Notes: generated by a model not told the origin, from the letters alone. Counted from the first letter of the stretch, positions 1 through 27,306 are shown. The stretch is DNA of 64,000 nt from Amoebidium appalachense (GCA_963693365.1 CAVNZM010000017.1:3029527-3093526), one strand, 5' to 3'. Numbers and translations: made by a program.

Positions 1-336
1 AACACTTTTTGAGGAACAGGAAAGCCAAAACTACGACAAACTATTTATGTTTTGCTAGTAGAGCACCAATGATTCCCGTTTGGCATGCTAGTCAACAGCT
101 GAGGTAGGTAAGCTTACACACCCCGTTCACCACATGTCGAAAACGCACCCTGCACACATCCATCATCCACACCGTGCATTCTACATCCAAAGATCACAAC
201 ACACTAACGCCCCACCAATCCAAAGCAGAGCACAAAACTGTGTGTCATTGTCATGCATTTGATCCCACGTCCACTCCCCCCCCCCCCCCCCAATACACAA
301 GAATACCGACACTCTCCATCACCAAACCCCTCCTCA

Positions 337-3495
<3,159 letters not shown>

Positions 3496-3639
3496 TTACG
3501 TGAAGAAAGAAGTGTTTACTGTAAGGTGAGCAATACTCCTGCGAAACTGTTATTAAATAGCAGCGGAGTTTGACTTGCAACAACCTGATGTCTTGGTGAT
3601 GGGTCTACGTTAAGAACTTATGAAATCCAAGTCTAATTT

Positions 3640-3770
3640 TTTTGGTATACTTATTTTTTCCCTTTTTTTTTTTTTTTTTTTAATAGTTTATATTTTCCCC
3701 CCTTCCGGTCCCACAGGCTCTAGCCTGCTTCGTTTTAGCAACAGCTGTTTTAGAAAGAGAAGGAGGCGGT
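3640..3770 (-). promoter_or_regulatory. Putative PABP 5' leader: pyrimidine (TOP-like) start region followed by an A-rich tract (candidate autoregulatory element)
   Basis: Minus strand reads CCGCCTCCTTCTCTTTCT (~3769-3752), then ...CTATT-A(~19)-GGGAAAAAATAAGTATACCAAAAAAAA (~3686-3637), about 170-300 nt upstream of the ATG. The transcription start is not known. Confidence 0.45.
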
Positions 3771-4419
3771 GAGCGGTTGAACCCACATGACACCTGGCTC
3801 TTTGCACACAAGCCGCCAACAACATACAGCTGATATTTTATGGAGTGCTCAGCGCATTAGATTATAGAGTATTATTTAAAATGTTAATCGATTACATTGC
3901 CGCATTGTGTTGGCTTATTAATTGTAAAACCATGATTTATAAGCTTTCAATAATACCGTTTCTTCACGCCTAAAGAAAAGCGAAGTGATTGGACCACCGA
4001 GCCACATGGTTCGCTTTAGAGGCAGGGCAAATCAAATCTTTGCACTAAATTCAACGGAAATTAGTGGAAGATGAGTTATCTAATATGAGCAAAGTGGGCT
4101 TTGAAAATAAGTCTGTGAGTTATAAAATAAACAGATTATGAAAAATAAACTACAAGAAATATCTCATTTCATATATTAGCCGATTGCCGTGAAGACTTTG
4201 CTCTCCAGCATCGTGTCCGTTTGAAAAGCGTGGACGGTGTAGGCTAGTGTAGCAAGCTGTTCTTTTATTTGATTGGTTCAAGGAACGTTTAATACCAGAT
4301 AGTCATGCCTTCACTTTGGCGCATGGATTTGCTTACGCGCCAAAAAGTGCGGACACGTGTGACGCATTCGCGAATGGTGTGGGTGGTGTTTGTCTAGGGA
4401 AGGCAAAACACAACCACGT

Positions 4420-4625
4420 TACAATGAGTTCAATCTCACGTTGCAGGGAAGACATGATGTGCGAGTTCAATCATTTTACAAGGAAGACATAATGTGAGAG
4501 TTCAACTTGATGATCATATTGCAAGGAAGATATGATGTGCGAGTTCAATCACGTAACCAGGTTGCAAGGAAGACACGTTGTGCGAGTTTAATCGTGTTGC
4601 AAGGAAGACATGATGTGACGAACAT
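4420..4625. repeat. Degenerate minisatellite, ~5 copies of TTGCAAGGAAGACATGATGTGCGAGTTCAATC
   Basis: Copies start near 4441, 4476, 4519, 4562 and 4597, with short variable linkers. Confidence 0.85.
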
Positions 4626-6830
4626 GTGCATTTTCAATCGGTGGAGAGAAGACCGTAAAGTTGGTTCTCATTCAGTAGTTATGGCTATAGAAGAAAGTAA
4701 CTTAGCTATGTGCTTTATAAGCTCTATCATGTTGCAAGACGGCTTTCGAGCCTGGGTACACCTTCCGCTGGGGATCGTTACGGAAGAAAGTCATTTGTGA
4801 CAACAGTTATGGGCAGGGCAGGTACAGTGTACCTACGTGCCGATGTTTGCAAGGGAAGGGGGTGGAGCAGTGAGAGGTAGGGGCACGTGGTTTGGTTGTG
4901 GAATGATATGATGGCTCCAGGAAGGGTTTTTTTTGATGGGCGAGGGGGAGGTGAGGTTCCGGAGAGAGTTTGGAGTTCGGAGTTTTGGGAGAGGGGACGG
5001 GTGGTGTGCGGCTTGGGTGTGTGTATGCAATTTTTTTATTTTTTTATTTTTGGGGGGGGGGGGTGGGGGGGGGAGGTGGGGAGGGATTGGGGCTGGGTGG
5101 AAGCTTACAGAAAGGGGCGAAGGCATTCTTTGTAACGGCTGTAGGTTGCCGGCTTGTGATGGTGGAAAACACTGTTTCTGCTGCCCCCTACTGCGCTTGT
5201 TGGTTGGGGTTCGAAGTTGATTGTCTTTTTTTAAGGGGGAGAAGAGGGTGGGGATTTGGCCGGGGTGGGCCTGGGGGGGGGGGGGGGGGAGTTGACCACA
5301 GGATGAGGTGCATGTTTCTTGGTTTACGTATTCTAAGGTGGTTTGCTCGTTTAACAGTCCTTGTGTGTGCATATCCGTGGGTATATGGTTGCTGCATGGT
5401 TCGTGGCTGTGTGTGTGTGTGTTGTTGTGGTGATGGTAGTGGGTGGGTCGATGGATGTTGTGGTGGGGAGGGGGGGGAAGGGGGATTGTGCATGCCACCT
5501 GTTCTTGTAATGGTTTCATGTTGTGGAGGGGGGGGGGAGGGAGGAGGATCCGGAGGGGAGGGGATTGTGCATGTTACCGATCCTCACCTGTCTGGTAGCT
5601 GAATGAACTTGAAGGATGCGACTAAAATGTACGCTGGGGTTTTGCTGCTTGAATCGTGTCTCTGTTTTTGGTGTTCACCTTTAAACTGTGGTTGATTAAT
5701 CTTCTGTTTCTTATTGTGTGTGCGTGTGTTGTAGATTAGGGGGTGGTTGTGACGGGGGAGGGGAAAGGGGGGTAGGACTCATGGGGGGGGGGGGGGGGTG
5801 GGGAGAGAGAGAGAGAGGGAGGGAGGAAGGACTCATTGGCAACCACAACCAACTGGAATCTTTCCACCTTCTTTTATCTTACAATCTACTGTCTAGTGTA
5901 GGGTGGACAGCCGATGGTAGGACGGTGCAAACAATTAGAGCCCCACGTGTATGGAGGGGGGGGGGGGGCAGGAGGGGTGAGAGGGAGGGGGGGGGGGGGG
6001 GGGGGCACGGTGAGAGTTAAAGTGACTGCAAAAAGCTGGAATAGCGTGTGTTTCGTTTATTACCCTCCCTATCTTGTTGGATCTTATTGTCTTTTCTACG
6101 GGCTCTTGAAGGGAACGAAGAGTTATCCCCCCCCCCCCCCCGCCCAAGATGTGTGTGTGTGTGTGTGTGTTGGGTGGGGGGGTTGAGGGGGTAATGGAAA
6201 TATGCAGGTGGTTTTCGCTGTCTTCTAGGGCAAAGAGGTTAGTGTGTGTATGTGTGTGTGTAGAAGGGGGGTGGGGATGGGGGGGAGGGGGGAGTTTCAA
6301 GGATCGGACTCAGCTGGGATTGGATAACCTGGTCAGAGACGTAACACATAGGTCTTTTGTGTCAGGAATGATTGGAGCAGTGCACGCTCATATCAAGACG
6401 AGACTATTGTGGATCGTGTTAGTTTTGGATACGAAACTCAGCCTCTAAAGGTTGTGTCGTCGTATACAGGGGTGAGGGTAATTTGGTATTCTGGAAGTTT
6501 TAGATTCTATGGTAGAATTTTCGAGACGTTGAAGATTCAACTAACTAGCCATGTCATATCAGTTAAGGTTGTGTTCCATTTGTCCTTGTGGCTTTGGGGG
6601 GTCTGGAACTGGGATTTTGGCTGGCTAGTGCCGTAATTCACGTGATCTTGTATACGGCCTACCCATGTATGTATGAGCCTTGATAGGCTGGGCGGCAACA
6701 AATAAATAAACCTGACAACAGATGAAGAGGGTCGGTGGTGTCGATGTCTTTTGCTGGCGTCTTGCAAAATTACAGGGATATGTTTTTCTGTGGGTGGGTG
6801 GTGGTGCATGTGGTGGTTGTGTCGATGTCT

Positions 6831-6865
<35 letters not shown>

Positions 6866-6924
6866 CCCCCCTCCCCCCCCCCCCCATTCCCCCCACCCCT
6901 TACTTTTTATGTATGGCTTGCACT

Positions 6925-7560
6925 CTGCATCGTGTTATCCGTTGTTCATGTGTACTTCGCACTTCATGACGCGTTCAAACCCCGCATGGCTGATGCTGCA
7001 TACTTGAATGTTTGCCTTTGCATGTGTCCTGCACCATGCTTCTCATCGTGTATGCGTACTTCGTACTGTGTTCCGCATTCAAAACCCCCCCTGTCTTCTT
7101 TCAGAGGTGTCCTTTCAGGACAGACCACTGTGTGGAGACATCTTTACTTCCATGCAACCGGGCATGGTTGCTCTGTGTCGTGCATCTGTAAGCACATACG
7201 CGTTTGTCGCTGCACTGCATTAGTTTGCACATACATCTTCACCGTTTTGCTCACCTTGCTTGCATAAGCAACCCTGCTCGTCTTTGATCAAGACGGGTTG
7301 ACCCACCCAAGTTCAGTTGATGCTGCTGTCTGAGTTGGAGCGTCGTATATACGCGGGCTAAGGGGTCGAAACTCAGACGCAATTGATGACTTGGGCCCTC
7401 CCTGAGGATGGGCTCTGCTTATGACGCATACTGTGCGCATGGCTGATGCTGCATACTTGAATGTTTGCCTTTGCATGTGTCCTGCACCATGCTTCTCATC
7501 GTGTATGCGTACTTCGTACTGTGTTCCGCATTCAAAACCCCCCCCCCCCCCCCCCCCCCC
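6925..7560 (+). mobile_element. Dispersed SINE-like/non-autonomous repeat cluster with a ~108-bp exact direct repeat and an internal structured segment
   Basis: 6983-7091 equals 7436-7544, each ending in AAAACCCCCC. 6925-6982 matches the reverse complement of 10660-10716. 7390-7530 matches, in part, the reverse complement of 43374-43494. Confidence 0.55.
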
Positions 7561-7716
7561 CCTAGTCACTTTGAGTGCTGTCTCCCTGCGGCCCGGCTCA
7601 ACATACCTCGTATGTTGCCGCAGGCGACAGTCACTAGACAAAGTGTCTGATTGCCCAAACAAATTTAAATCTACAGCAGATGGTTAGTTAAAAGTCGCAT
7701 AATAATTTAACGCCGT

Positions 7717-7835
7717 GTTCCTATTGCCCAACAACAAAAGTGCGGAAGCGTTCCTAGTGCCCATCAGAAGTACGGAAGCGTTCCTATTGCCCATCAGGAA
7801 AATAAACTTTAATAAAGCGTTCCGATTGCCCATCA
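7717..7835. repeat. Short tandem repeat, 4 copies of GCGTTCCTATTGCCCATCAG
   Basis: Copies near 7715, 7748, 7778 and 7817, with 10-20-nt linkers. Confidence 0.8.
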
Positions 7836-8309
7836 GAATTACATAGACCTGGCTGGAGACGTCCCGCGGCGTAGTAGTGCTCAGCCACTTACGTAAGCCA
7901 TTGGGTACATAGCCTTGGAGACTACCCTCCCCCCCCCCCCTCTCTCTCTCTCAGCCCTCTCTGTGTGTGCGTGTGTGCGTGCGTGCTTGCTTCTGTGCCT
8001 TTTTCCGGGGGGCCGGAGGGGGGGGGGGGGAAGGGACAGAGAACCAGCTTGTTACATGTGGTGGGTGAGGGGGGATTTGGGAAGGGCGTGTGTGGGGATG
8101 AGGGGGATCATGACTCGGAAGGGGGTTGCAACAACATCAGTGAGTCACTCTTCCAGCATTTGAGCACCCACACACATTTTCGGAAATTCGCACGTGGGGC
8201 CCATCGTTCACAACCTCTGGCAACTCAATACATATACGTACATGTCACATCTCCACACACGAAAAACCTCACAGGCATATGCCCGCGCGCATGCACACAC
8301 CACACACAC

Positions 8310-8378
<69 letters not shown>

Positions 8379-9469
8379 CAGTGCAAGAGAGCTGGTACCT
8401 CTAGCGTCACAAAGTCACCTTCTTTAAGCCCCTTAAAAAAATTATATTGTAGTCTTTGAAACAAGGCAGATCTATATAGCTGTATGTTGGCGAATGAACA
8501 ATCTATCTGTGCGCTAATACACACACGAGTGCACAAAGACTCACATCATGTGTTAATTTCACAGCGGTCCCGTATGTCTGTGTATCCATGTGCGAATGTG
8601 TATGCATGGGGTTGTTGACATGTGCCTGTGTGAATATGATCAGCACGCATGCACGCACGAGTCTGTGAAAACCTGTGGGTATATGCGCATGTGTGTGTTT
8701 GATCATGAGGGGTGTGTGTGTTTGTGTGCATATGTGTGTGTGTTGGGGGGGGGGGGGGAAGGGGGGATGACTCTAAGCTACTAGCCACCGGTGTAATGGT
8801 GAGGTTCATGTCTTGAGCCAGCTTTTGCAACTCAAGTTTACTGTGTGCAGCTGCTTATCTAATGCATCATCTTAGTGGCTGTGCTCGCGTGCACCAAGCA
8901 CTGAGCCAGACCGAACTTGAAAGGAATATAGATTGACGTCGACAATGCAAGCATTCTGCTGTCATACTTAGCATTGCGCCAGCATATCATCCTGGACTTA
9001 TCCGGACTTATGACAACCCACCGGGGGTATCTTCTTTGCTACAGCTTGAATGCACCATCTCTGCATCCATGTCATGCACACACCAACACACACACACACA
9101 CACACACGTCGATTGCAGTATTTTCTAATTCTGCAACGTGGTATCTAAATAACCACCAAATCAAACCTTGTATCTAGACAGGTTACGTACTAGGTTATCC
9201 ATCTAAAAACAAGCACCCCAACCTACCAACAATGCCAATATAACTTTGTGTATAGGTTAATAATCACCACCAACAAAAACCAAACCAACCACTCATGATC
9301 ATACCACCGCTTGGAGTATAAACCTAATATTAGGTTAACGATGCTTGTCCAACCTAACCAAACATTTAGCCAATAACGCCACCATTTTAAACCTATTCCA
9401 GCGGTGCTTGTCCAACCTAACCGACCAATCACATCACCCGTTATAAAACCTAAAGCCAGTTGAGAAAAT

Positions 9470-21219
<11,750 letters not shown>

Positions 21220-22062
21220 CTTTATAAGCTAAAACTGCTAAACCCTTATGCTCCCGGGTCCCTTTTTTTCCCCAAACGATGTTAGCAGGAAACGTGCACT
21301 CCAACCACAGAGAAAAAGAAAAAGAAGCCCCCTTCTTTCGGCTGGTCAGGCTATTGACTCATTTGCACTACCAGTGCTCGCGGCCTCTGAGTGGTGCCCC
21401 TTTTGTCCCGCCAGAACCATATATGGTTCGAAGAACAAACAGCCAGGGATGTAATTGGTTGGTAGAAAAATATTACACCAATAGGAACGGGCTCATACAA
21501 GATTCACTTGGAGGAGGGTAATAGATCTGCGGCTGAGTCAGGCACGTGTTTGATGATGGTATGCATGACACATGGCATACAATTGCAACTTACGGACACT
21601 GCGAACACTGAAACGAACCGTTTAAATGCACAGTAGGGTGTGTGAAAGGAAAGTATTAGCTTCAAAAACCATTTTGTTGAGGACAGGCAGCCGGTACACA
21701 CACAGCGGAGGCAGAGCCTGTTTAGATCTTGGCCAGAACTTGTGCACATGGCCGTTGGCGGGACACTATTGTACTTCGAAGTCATCGCAAATGCAGGGTG
21801 GCCACACACGCATACATGAGTGGCATCAAAAAACAGGCCCTCTTCCTGTACAGGTAGTGTACCTCTACACACACCTGCTTCAGTCTGACCGTCACGTACA
21901 CAGAGTCGGATTCACCATTCAAAGAACGTGCAACTACGTGCATGGTCATCGATCGTGAGTACTAGTGAAGGGCGAGGCCGCCTGAGCAGAGCTAGCGCTT
22001 GCATTAGTAGACGCGCTCGGTGGTACAGCAGAAATAAACTGTGTGCAGTGTGCGTCACGGTG

Positions 22063-22133
<71 letters not shown>

Positions 22134-22162
22134 GTGCGTGTGTGCGTGCGTGCGTGCGTGCG

Positions 22163-22202
<40 letters not shown>

Positions 22203-22245
22203 TGAGTGTACGTGCGCGTGCGTGTGCGTGTGTTTGTAGGTCACG

Positions 22246-22329
<84 letters not shown>

Positions 22330-22546
22330 CCAGGGGGGTGGGGGGTACGGGAGAGGGGAGGAAGAAGATTTGGGTGGAAGTTGGGAGGGAGGGTGGGGGG
22401 AGGGGGAGGAGCTCGAGGTATGAAAGAGCTCTGCAGCTGAGATCTACCTCTGGGCGCTTGGGTGGCATACATTCAAAATGAAGGAAGCAACCAAGCAAAG
22501 TGCTCAGTGATATGTACGGGGTTGTAATAAAAAAAAAAAAAAAAAA

Positions 22547-22586
<40 letters not shown>

Positions 22587-22755
22587 GGGGGGGGGGGGGG
22601 GGGGGGGGGTGGAAGGGGAGAATATTCGAAGGGGCAGTTAATCCAATTAGAGTGCACAGTCTCAGCACAGTCACCTGGTCCATATGTGTCACATGATGTG
22701 TAATTTGTACGCGCTTTCTGTGACTGTGTGTTTGTGTTTCTCTCTCTCTCTCTCG

Positions 22756-22805
<50 letters not shown>

Positions 22806-22936
22806 TACTGTACATGCGTGTGTGTGTGTGTGTGTGTGTGTGTCCGTGTGTGCGTGTGCGTGTGTGCATGCGTGCGTCCATGATGCACGTGCGTGCACGG
22901 TGTGTGCGTGAGCACACGCCATGTGTGTGTGTGTGT

Positions 22937-22978
<42 letters not shown>

Positions 22979-23514
22979 ACGTGTGTGTGGTGTGTGTGTG
23001 TGTGTGTGTGTGTGTACATTGTGTGTGCCTGTGTACACGTGCGTGTGCCTTGTTGCCATTGTGTGTCTGTATCTCAGCCGTAACACGGTGGTATGCATGT
23101 GCCAATTTGTGAGTGGGCTCGTGTGTTGGTTGGCTGTGGCACGGCCACCACTGTCACAGTGTACATGTACATGTGGTGCACATGCACATGTATGACTGCG
23201 TGATGACCATGTGTGTCGGGACCGGTACCAGTACGTACGGTACGCGTACGGCTCGCAGGGTGGTGGGGATACGTATATACAGTACGGGTTTTGATAAGAC
23301 AGTCTAATTTCACTGCAGTGACTGGCATTGCAATGAAATTTTCAGTCGACGTCATAAATTTGCCGAGTACCAGACTCGGGACTCTGAGGTCTTGTTTCTA
23401 TCACAAATTCCCTAGGTGCAACATGCATTACTGTAGAAAGTTACATCTCCGTTCAACCTCACGTATGTACAGAACATAACAATATTTTCGCCCAAATGCA
23501 ACCAGCTATTGATA

Positions 23515-23816
23515 CTACTTTGCATATGCATCAGCCAACTCCCTGGCATAGTGCCTGTAGATGTTTGTCCTCTGCAGTTTTAGTGACGCAGTGACCAGCC
23601 CCCCTCTGGTGTCCATGGCCCTGTCACCACAATGCACCGGGCAGGCACCTCGTGGCGGTGAAGTCTGGAGGTTTTGCATGCCTCCTGAATGCTCTCAAGC
23701 ACAAATGCACACACCTGAAAAGGGAAGGGGAGAGGGGGAGAGGGGTGTTAAAAGGGAGGGTGGAGAGGGTTGGGGGAGCAGGGGCAGGGGCAGGGGGAGG
23801 GAGAGGAGAAGGAGGA

Positions 23817-23863
<47 letters not shown>

Positions 23864-24162
23864 GGGGGGGGGTAAGAATGCGGTGCGCAGGTTATTAATG
23901 AAGCACACATTTCTCAACGGATCCTTAGATTAGCCATAGCTACTAGCGACAGTTACCGTGGCAGCAAATCATCGGTTCCTAGCCGTGCGTATGGTAAACA
24001 CACCTAGTTGTAACGAGACCGAACGGTATTCAATTCCGTACCATTAATGTCTTAACACAGGGTGTGAACGAAAAAGGAGAGGAAAAAAGTAAGCATATTG
24101 TGATTGGGATCCGGGAAAGGCGAAAGGAAGGAGAAATTTCAAACCAATCACGAAGCCCTAAG

Positions 24163-24228
<66 letters not shown>

Positions 24229-24322
24229 CTCTTCGTTTTTGCCCAAACCGGAAGAAGCCGGCAGAGGGGGAAAGGGGAACATTGAGGGGGAGAGAGGGGT
24301 TTCTTACAAAATTATAAGAAGC

Positions 24323-24413
<91 letters not shown>

Positions 24414-24466
24414 TTCGTTTTTCCGAGAACTGGAAGAAGCCGGCAGAGGGGGGAATTGGAACATCG

Positions 24467-24504
<38 letters not shown>

Positions 24505-26470
24505 GGGAAGGGGAAGCGGGGAGGGGAGGGGGACGGGGGGAAAGGGGCTGGGATTGGGGGCTCTACCTGCGGGTCTGCACATATTTCCTCGTAGGGCCGA
24601 GAGGTATCAAGCCCACGTGACTCGCACTCGGGCAACAGCGCCGCTTTTTGCGCAACCACCAACACGGCACCAAAACTCTCGTCGGGGGACACGTGCAGGC
24701 AACACTGCTCGACAAGGGGGCAAGAGTGTACCGCCCCCTCCACCTTCCCGAGCGAAACGTACTCCCCCATTTGCAACTTGACAATGTCTTTCTTCCGGTC
24801 GATAATTTTCAATCTCCCTTCCTTTGTAATCAACCCAATGTCCCCCGTGTGAAACCACAGCTTTCCGTCCTGTCCGCATACAAAATCCTCCGCAGTTTTC
24901 TCCGGAAGGCCAAAATACCCGCGCGCCACCGACGGTCCGGAAACGCAAATCTCCCCCCGTGCACAACCACCAATTGATTCCTTGTCACTCACACGGTACC
25001 CCCCCTCCTCCCAATCCACCAACTTAACCTCCACGGTCGTATAAGGACCACCCACCGTCCCAAAAACACCCATCTCCTTGCGCGAAATCGTACCCAATCC
25101 ACCCGTTTCCGTTGCCCCGTACCCTTGCATGACAGGAACACCTAGGACCACCTCGATGAAACGGTGTGTGTCCTCCGAAAGAGGGGCGCCCCCCGAGAAA
25201 ATAAACTTCACCCGCCCCCCAAGCACATCCTTGATCTTGTCAAACAAAATTCGGTCCAGCCCCGCCCTTAAAACCCCTGCCGCCGTGTACCCTTCCCACT
25301 GAAGCGCTACCTCCTTGGCATAGAACCCCCCCCCAGAAAACTTTCTGCGCCAATGCTGACGCCGAGTTGATTTTCCCCGTGATCCCCTGCTTGACTTTGG
25401 TGAGGACTGTAGGAACAAGCGCCAAAATGGTCGGTTTTAGCACGCGCAGATCTCCCACACCCCCTGGTTTTATGCGCGGGGAGGTGTCTGTGAGGGTGAG
25501 GGGTGAACCGAAACCCACCATCACCCCACATGAGGTGGCGAAAAGCTCTGCGGCCAGCGCAAGAATGTGCGCAAGGGGAAGAAAAGCAAGAAAAACATCG
25601 TCCCCAGGCACAAAAGGGGGGAGGGAATCACCAATGCCCACCATAGATGCCAAGACATTCGTGTGGGTCAGCTCCACCCCCTTGGGTACTCCGGTAGACC
25701 CGGATGTGTACATGACCACGGCGACATCGTCTGGTTTGGGTGATGGTGGGGGGTTCTGCTCGTTGTGCTCATTGCCGTAATGTTCAAGCTCGACAATAGT
25801 GAAAATGCTAACAGTGGGGGGGAAACCAAGTGCTGATGCATGTTCTCTGATTTTTCTCGCTCGTGTAGGTGCCATCGTCATCATAGGGTGGTACACATAC
25901 AATGACAGTGGTGAGATTTGGGGCCTTTTCGCACACACGACGCAATTGCTGTAAAAGGGCAAACTCGGTGACGATGTGGGTGGTCTGTGTCTGATTGACA
26001 CTGTGGATGATAGCCTCCTCCCCGAGGGTTGCATAAACGGTGGCGACCGTGGCTGCCATGCCCCATGTTGCATGCGCACACACAGACCAGTCCGGGCATG
26101 TGTTCATGTAGATGGTAAGAATCTGCCCCGGGGAAAACCCCGCAAAACCACGCAGCCCATGCCCAATTTTCTTGATGCGCTCGTTCGTTTGCTCGAATGT
26201 GGTCCACTCATACTCGCCGAGGGAAAGCTGTGTAGTGGTTGCGCCAGTCTTGTCATCTTGGTTGGTAAAGCGCTCAAGCACCGTGCGTGTTCCGTGAAAC
26301 TTTAGGTTGCCGTAGAGTTTTGCACAGTGGGGAAGGAGGTGAGAGAGGGTAGGAACACCGGTGATGGAAGGAACCTTAGGCCCATCTGGGAAAGAGGGAT
26401 TGCGGAAATACACACCGCCATGCCCGTCGGGCAATGAAACTCCTGTCCCAGTGTTCATAGCTTCGGTCAT
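23515..26470 (-). CDS. ACSL: Long-chain fatty acyl-CoA synthetase (ACSL3/4 / plant LACS8-9 / Faa-like), 2 exons, three single-base frameshifts as assembled
   Basis: Exon 1 26470-24567 and exon 2 23714-23515. AMP-binding motif VMYTSGSTGVPKGV, FLPLAHI, QGYGATE, WFHTGDIG, KIIDRKKDIVKLQMGEYVSLGKVE, and C-terminal WTPEGGLVTASLKLQR. Frameshifts at ~25815-25855, ~25326-25334 (G9) and ~23599-23604 (G6). Confidence 0.9.
24160..24500. repeat. Tandem duplication in the ACSL intron (two units of polyC-polyA-CCCTCTTCGTTTTT...GGAAGAAGCCGGCAGAGGGGG...GGAACAT)
   Basis: 24227-24290 closely matches 24409-24470, and each copy is preceded by a C-run plus an A-run. Confidence 0.8.
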
Positions 26471-27306
26471 ACTCAGTTTAAAACTTACACAGCTAGGTAC
26501 ACGTGGATGGATGTGTAATGGAGGTCTCAGCATAGAATAGTGGTATTGATGATCTACTTCGTTTCAAAGGCGCTCTTTTTTTTTTATGCTTACGGCAAGC
26601 TGCTTTTGGTGGTGTGTTGGGTTTCAACACGCATGCATACTCATCAAAGAAGTTTTTACCATATATGGTTGCGTTTGCGCATGCTGGGTTTGAAAAGGCT
26701 TTTTTTCATTTTGTGGGTTGAGCAACATGTACATACATTGGAGCACTGTTGCTGATAACCAGAAGCACTTGTCGGCAATCTGCGATCTATGCAGATAACA
26801 GTATGTCCAACCAAAAGAGCATTATGTGTTTAAACGTTTAGCACATTAGTAAATTCTTTTAAAATTGCCTAATGTCATGCTTTGTAAAGGGTAAAGAATT
26901 TTCTGATGGCGCGAAAACTTTTCAGGTTACGTAAACAGCAAGAGGGAGGTCTAACAGAGAGACGGAGCTCGTTGAGCCAGTCACTTTCGTGTTTTCTTGT
27001 GGTAATTAGAACGGCAAAATATTACAGGAGAGTCACATGTGTAGGGATTTGATATGAGTGAAAATATCAGGCCACATATATGTGATATGCAGCCGTCTTC
27101 TTTGCCGACTGTTGTGCTCGCAAGAGGCACAGATAAGTGAAGGAAGTTTGAGAACAGCACGAAACGAGACGAGGTCGTTTCAAGCACAAAAACACAGAAA
27201 GTCAACAACCTGCTTAAGCTTCTAGTAAGTGCTAGTGCATCCATACACGTGGACGAATTTGCCTGAGTGGCCAAGCACAGAATCACGGACTTCATAAGTG
27301 TCGAAG

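Noticed and set aside
7328-7410. Hammerhead ribozyme (CGAAAC at ~7367, CTGAGGA at 7402, TTGATGA at 7383)
   Set aside because: The core pieces cannot be arranged with proper stems I-III in type I, II or III topology.
7717-7835. CRISPR-like repeat-spacer appearance (also 4420-4625)
   Set aside because: The repeats are degenerate, the linkers are short, unequal and partly similar to each other, no cas genes are present, and the context is eukaryotic.
4800-9400. Additional spliced protein-coding gene between PABP and ALT
   Set aside because: No chain of exons with recognisable protein similarity could be assembled, although a small or divergent gene cannot be excluded without RNA data.
9330-9460. 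Telomere-like repeats (CCAACCTAACC) downstream of ALT
   Set aside because: Only two or three degenerate copies in the 3'UTR, with no regular TTAGGG array.
21912-22030. MQALALLRRPRPSL as the ALT first exon
   Set aside because: Exon 21219-21150 has a clean GTGAGT donor in the right phase and a better presequence.
25320-25860. Programmed ribosomal frameshifting or tiny introns in ACSL
   Set aside because: The candidate 54-nt GT-AG intron does not change frame, and all shifts fall in homopolymers, so indel error is simpler.
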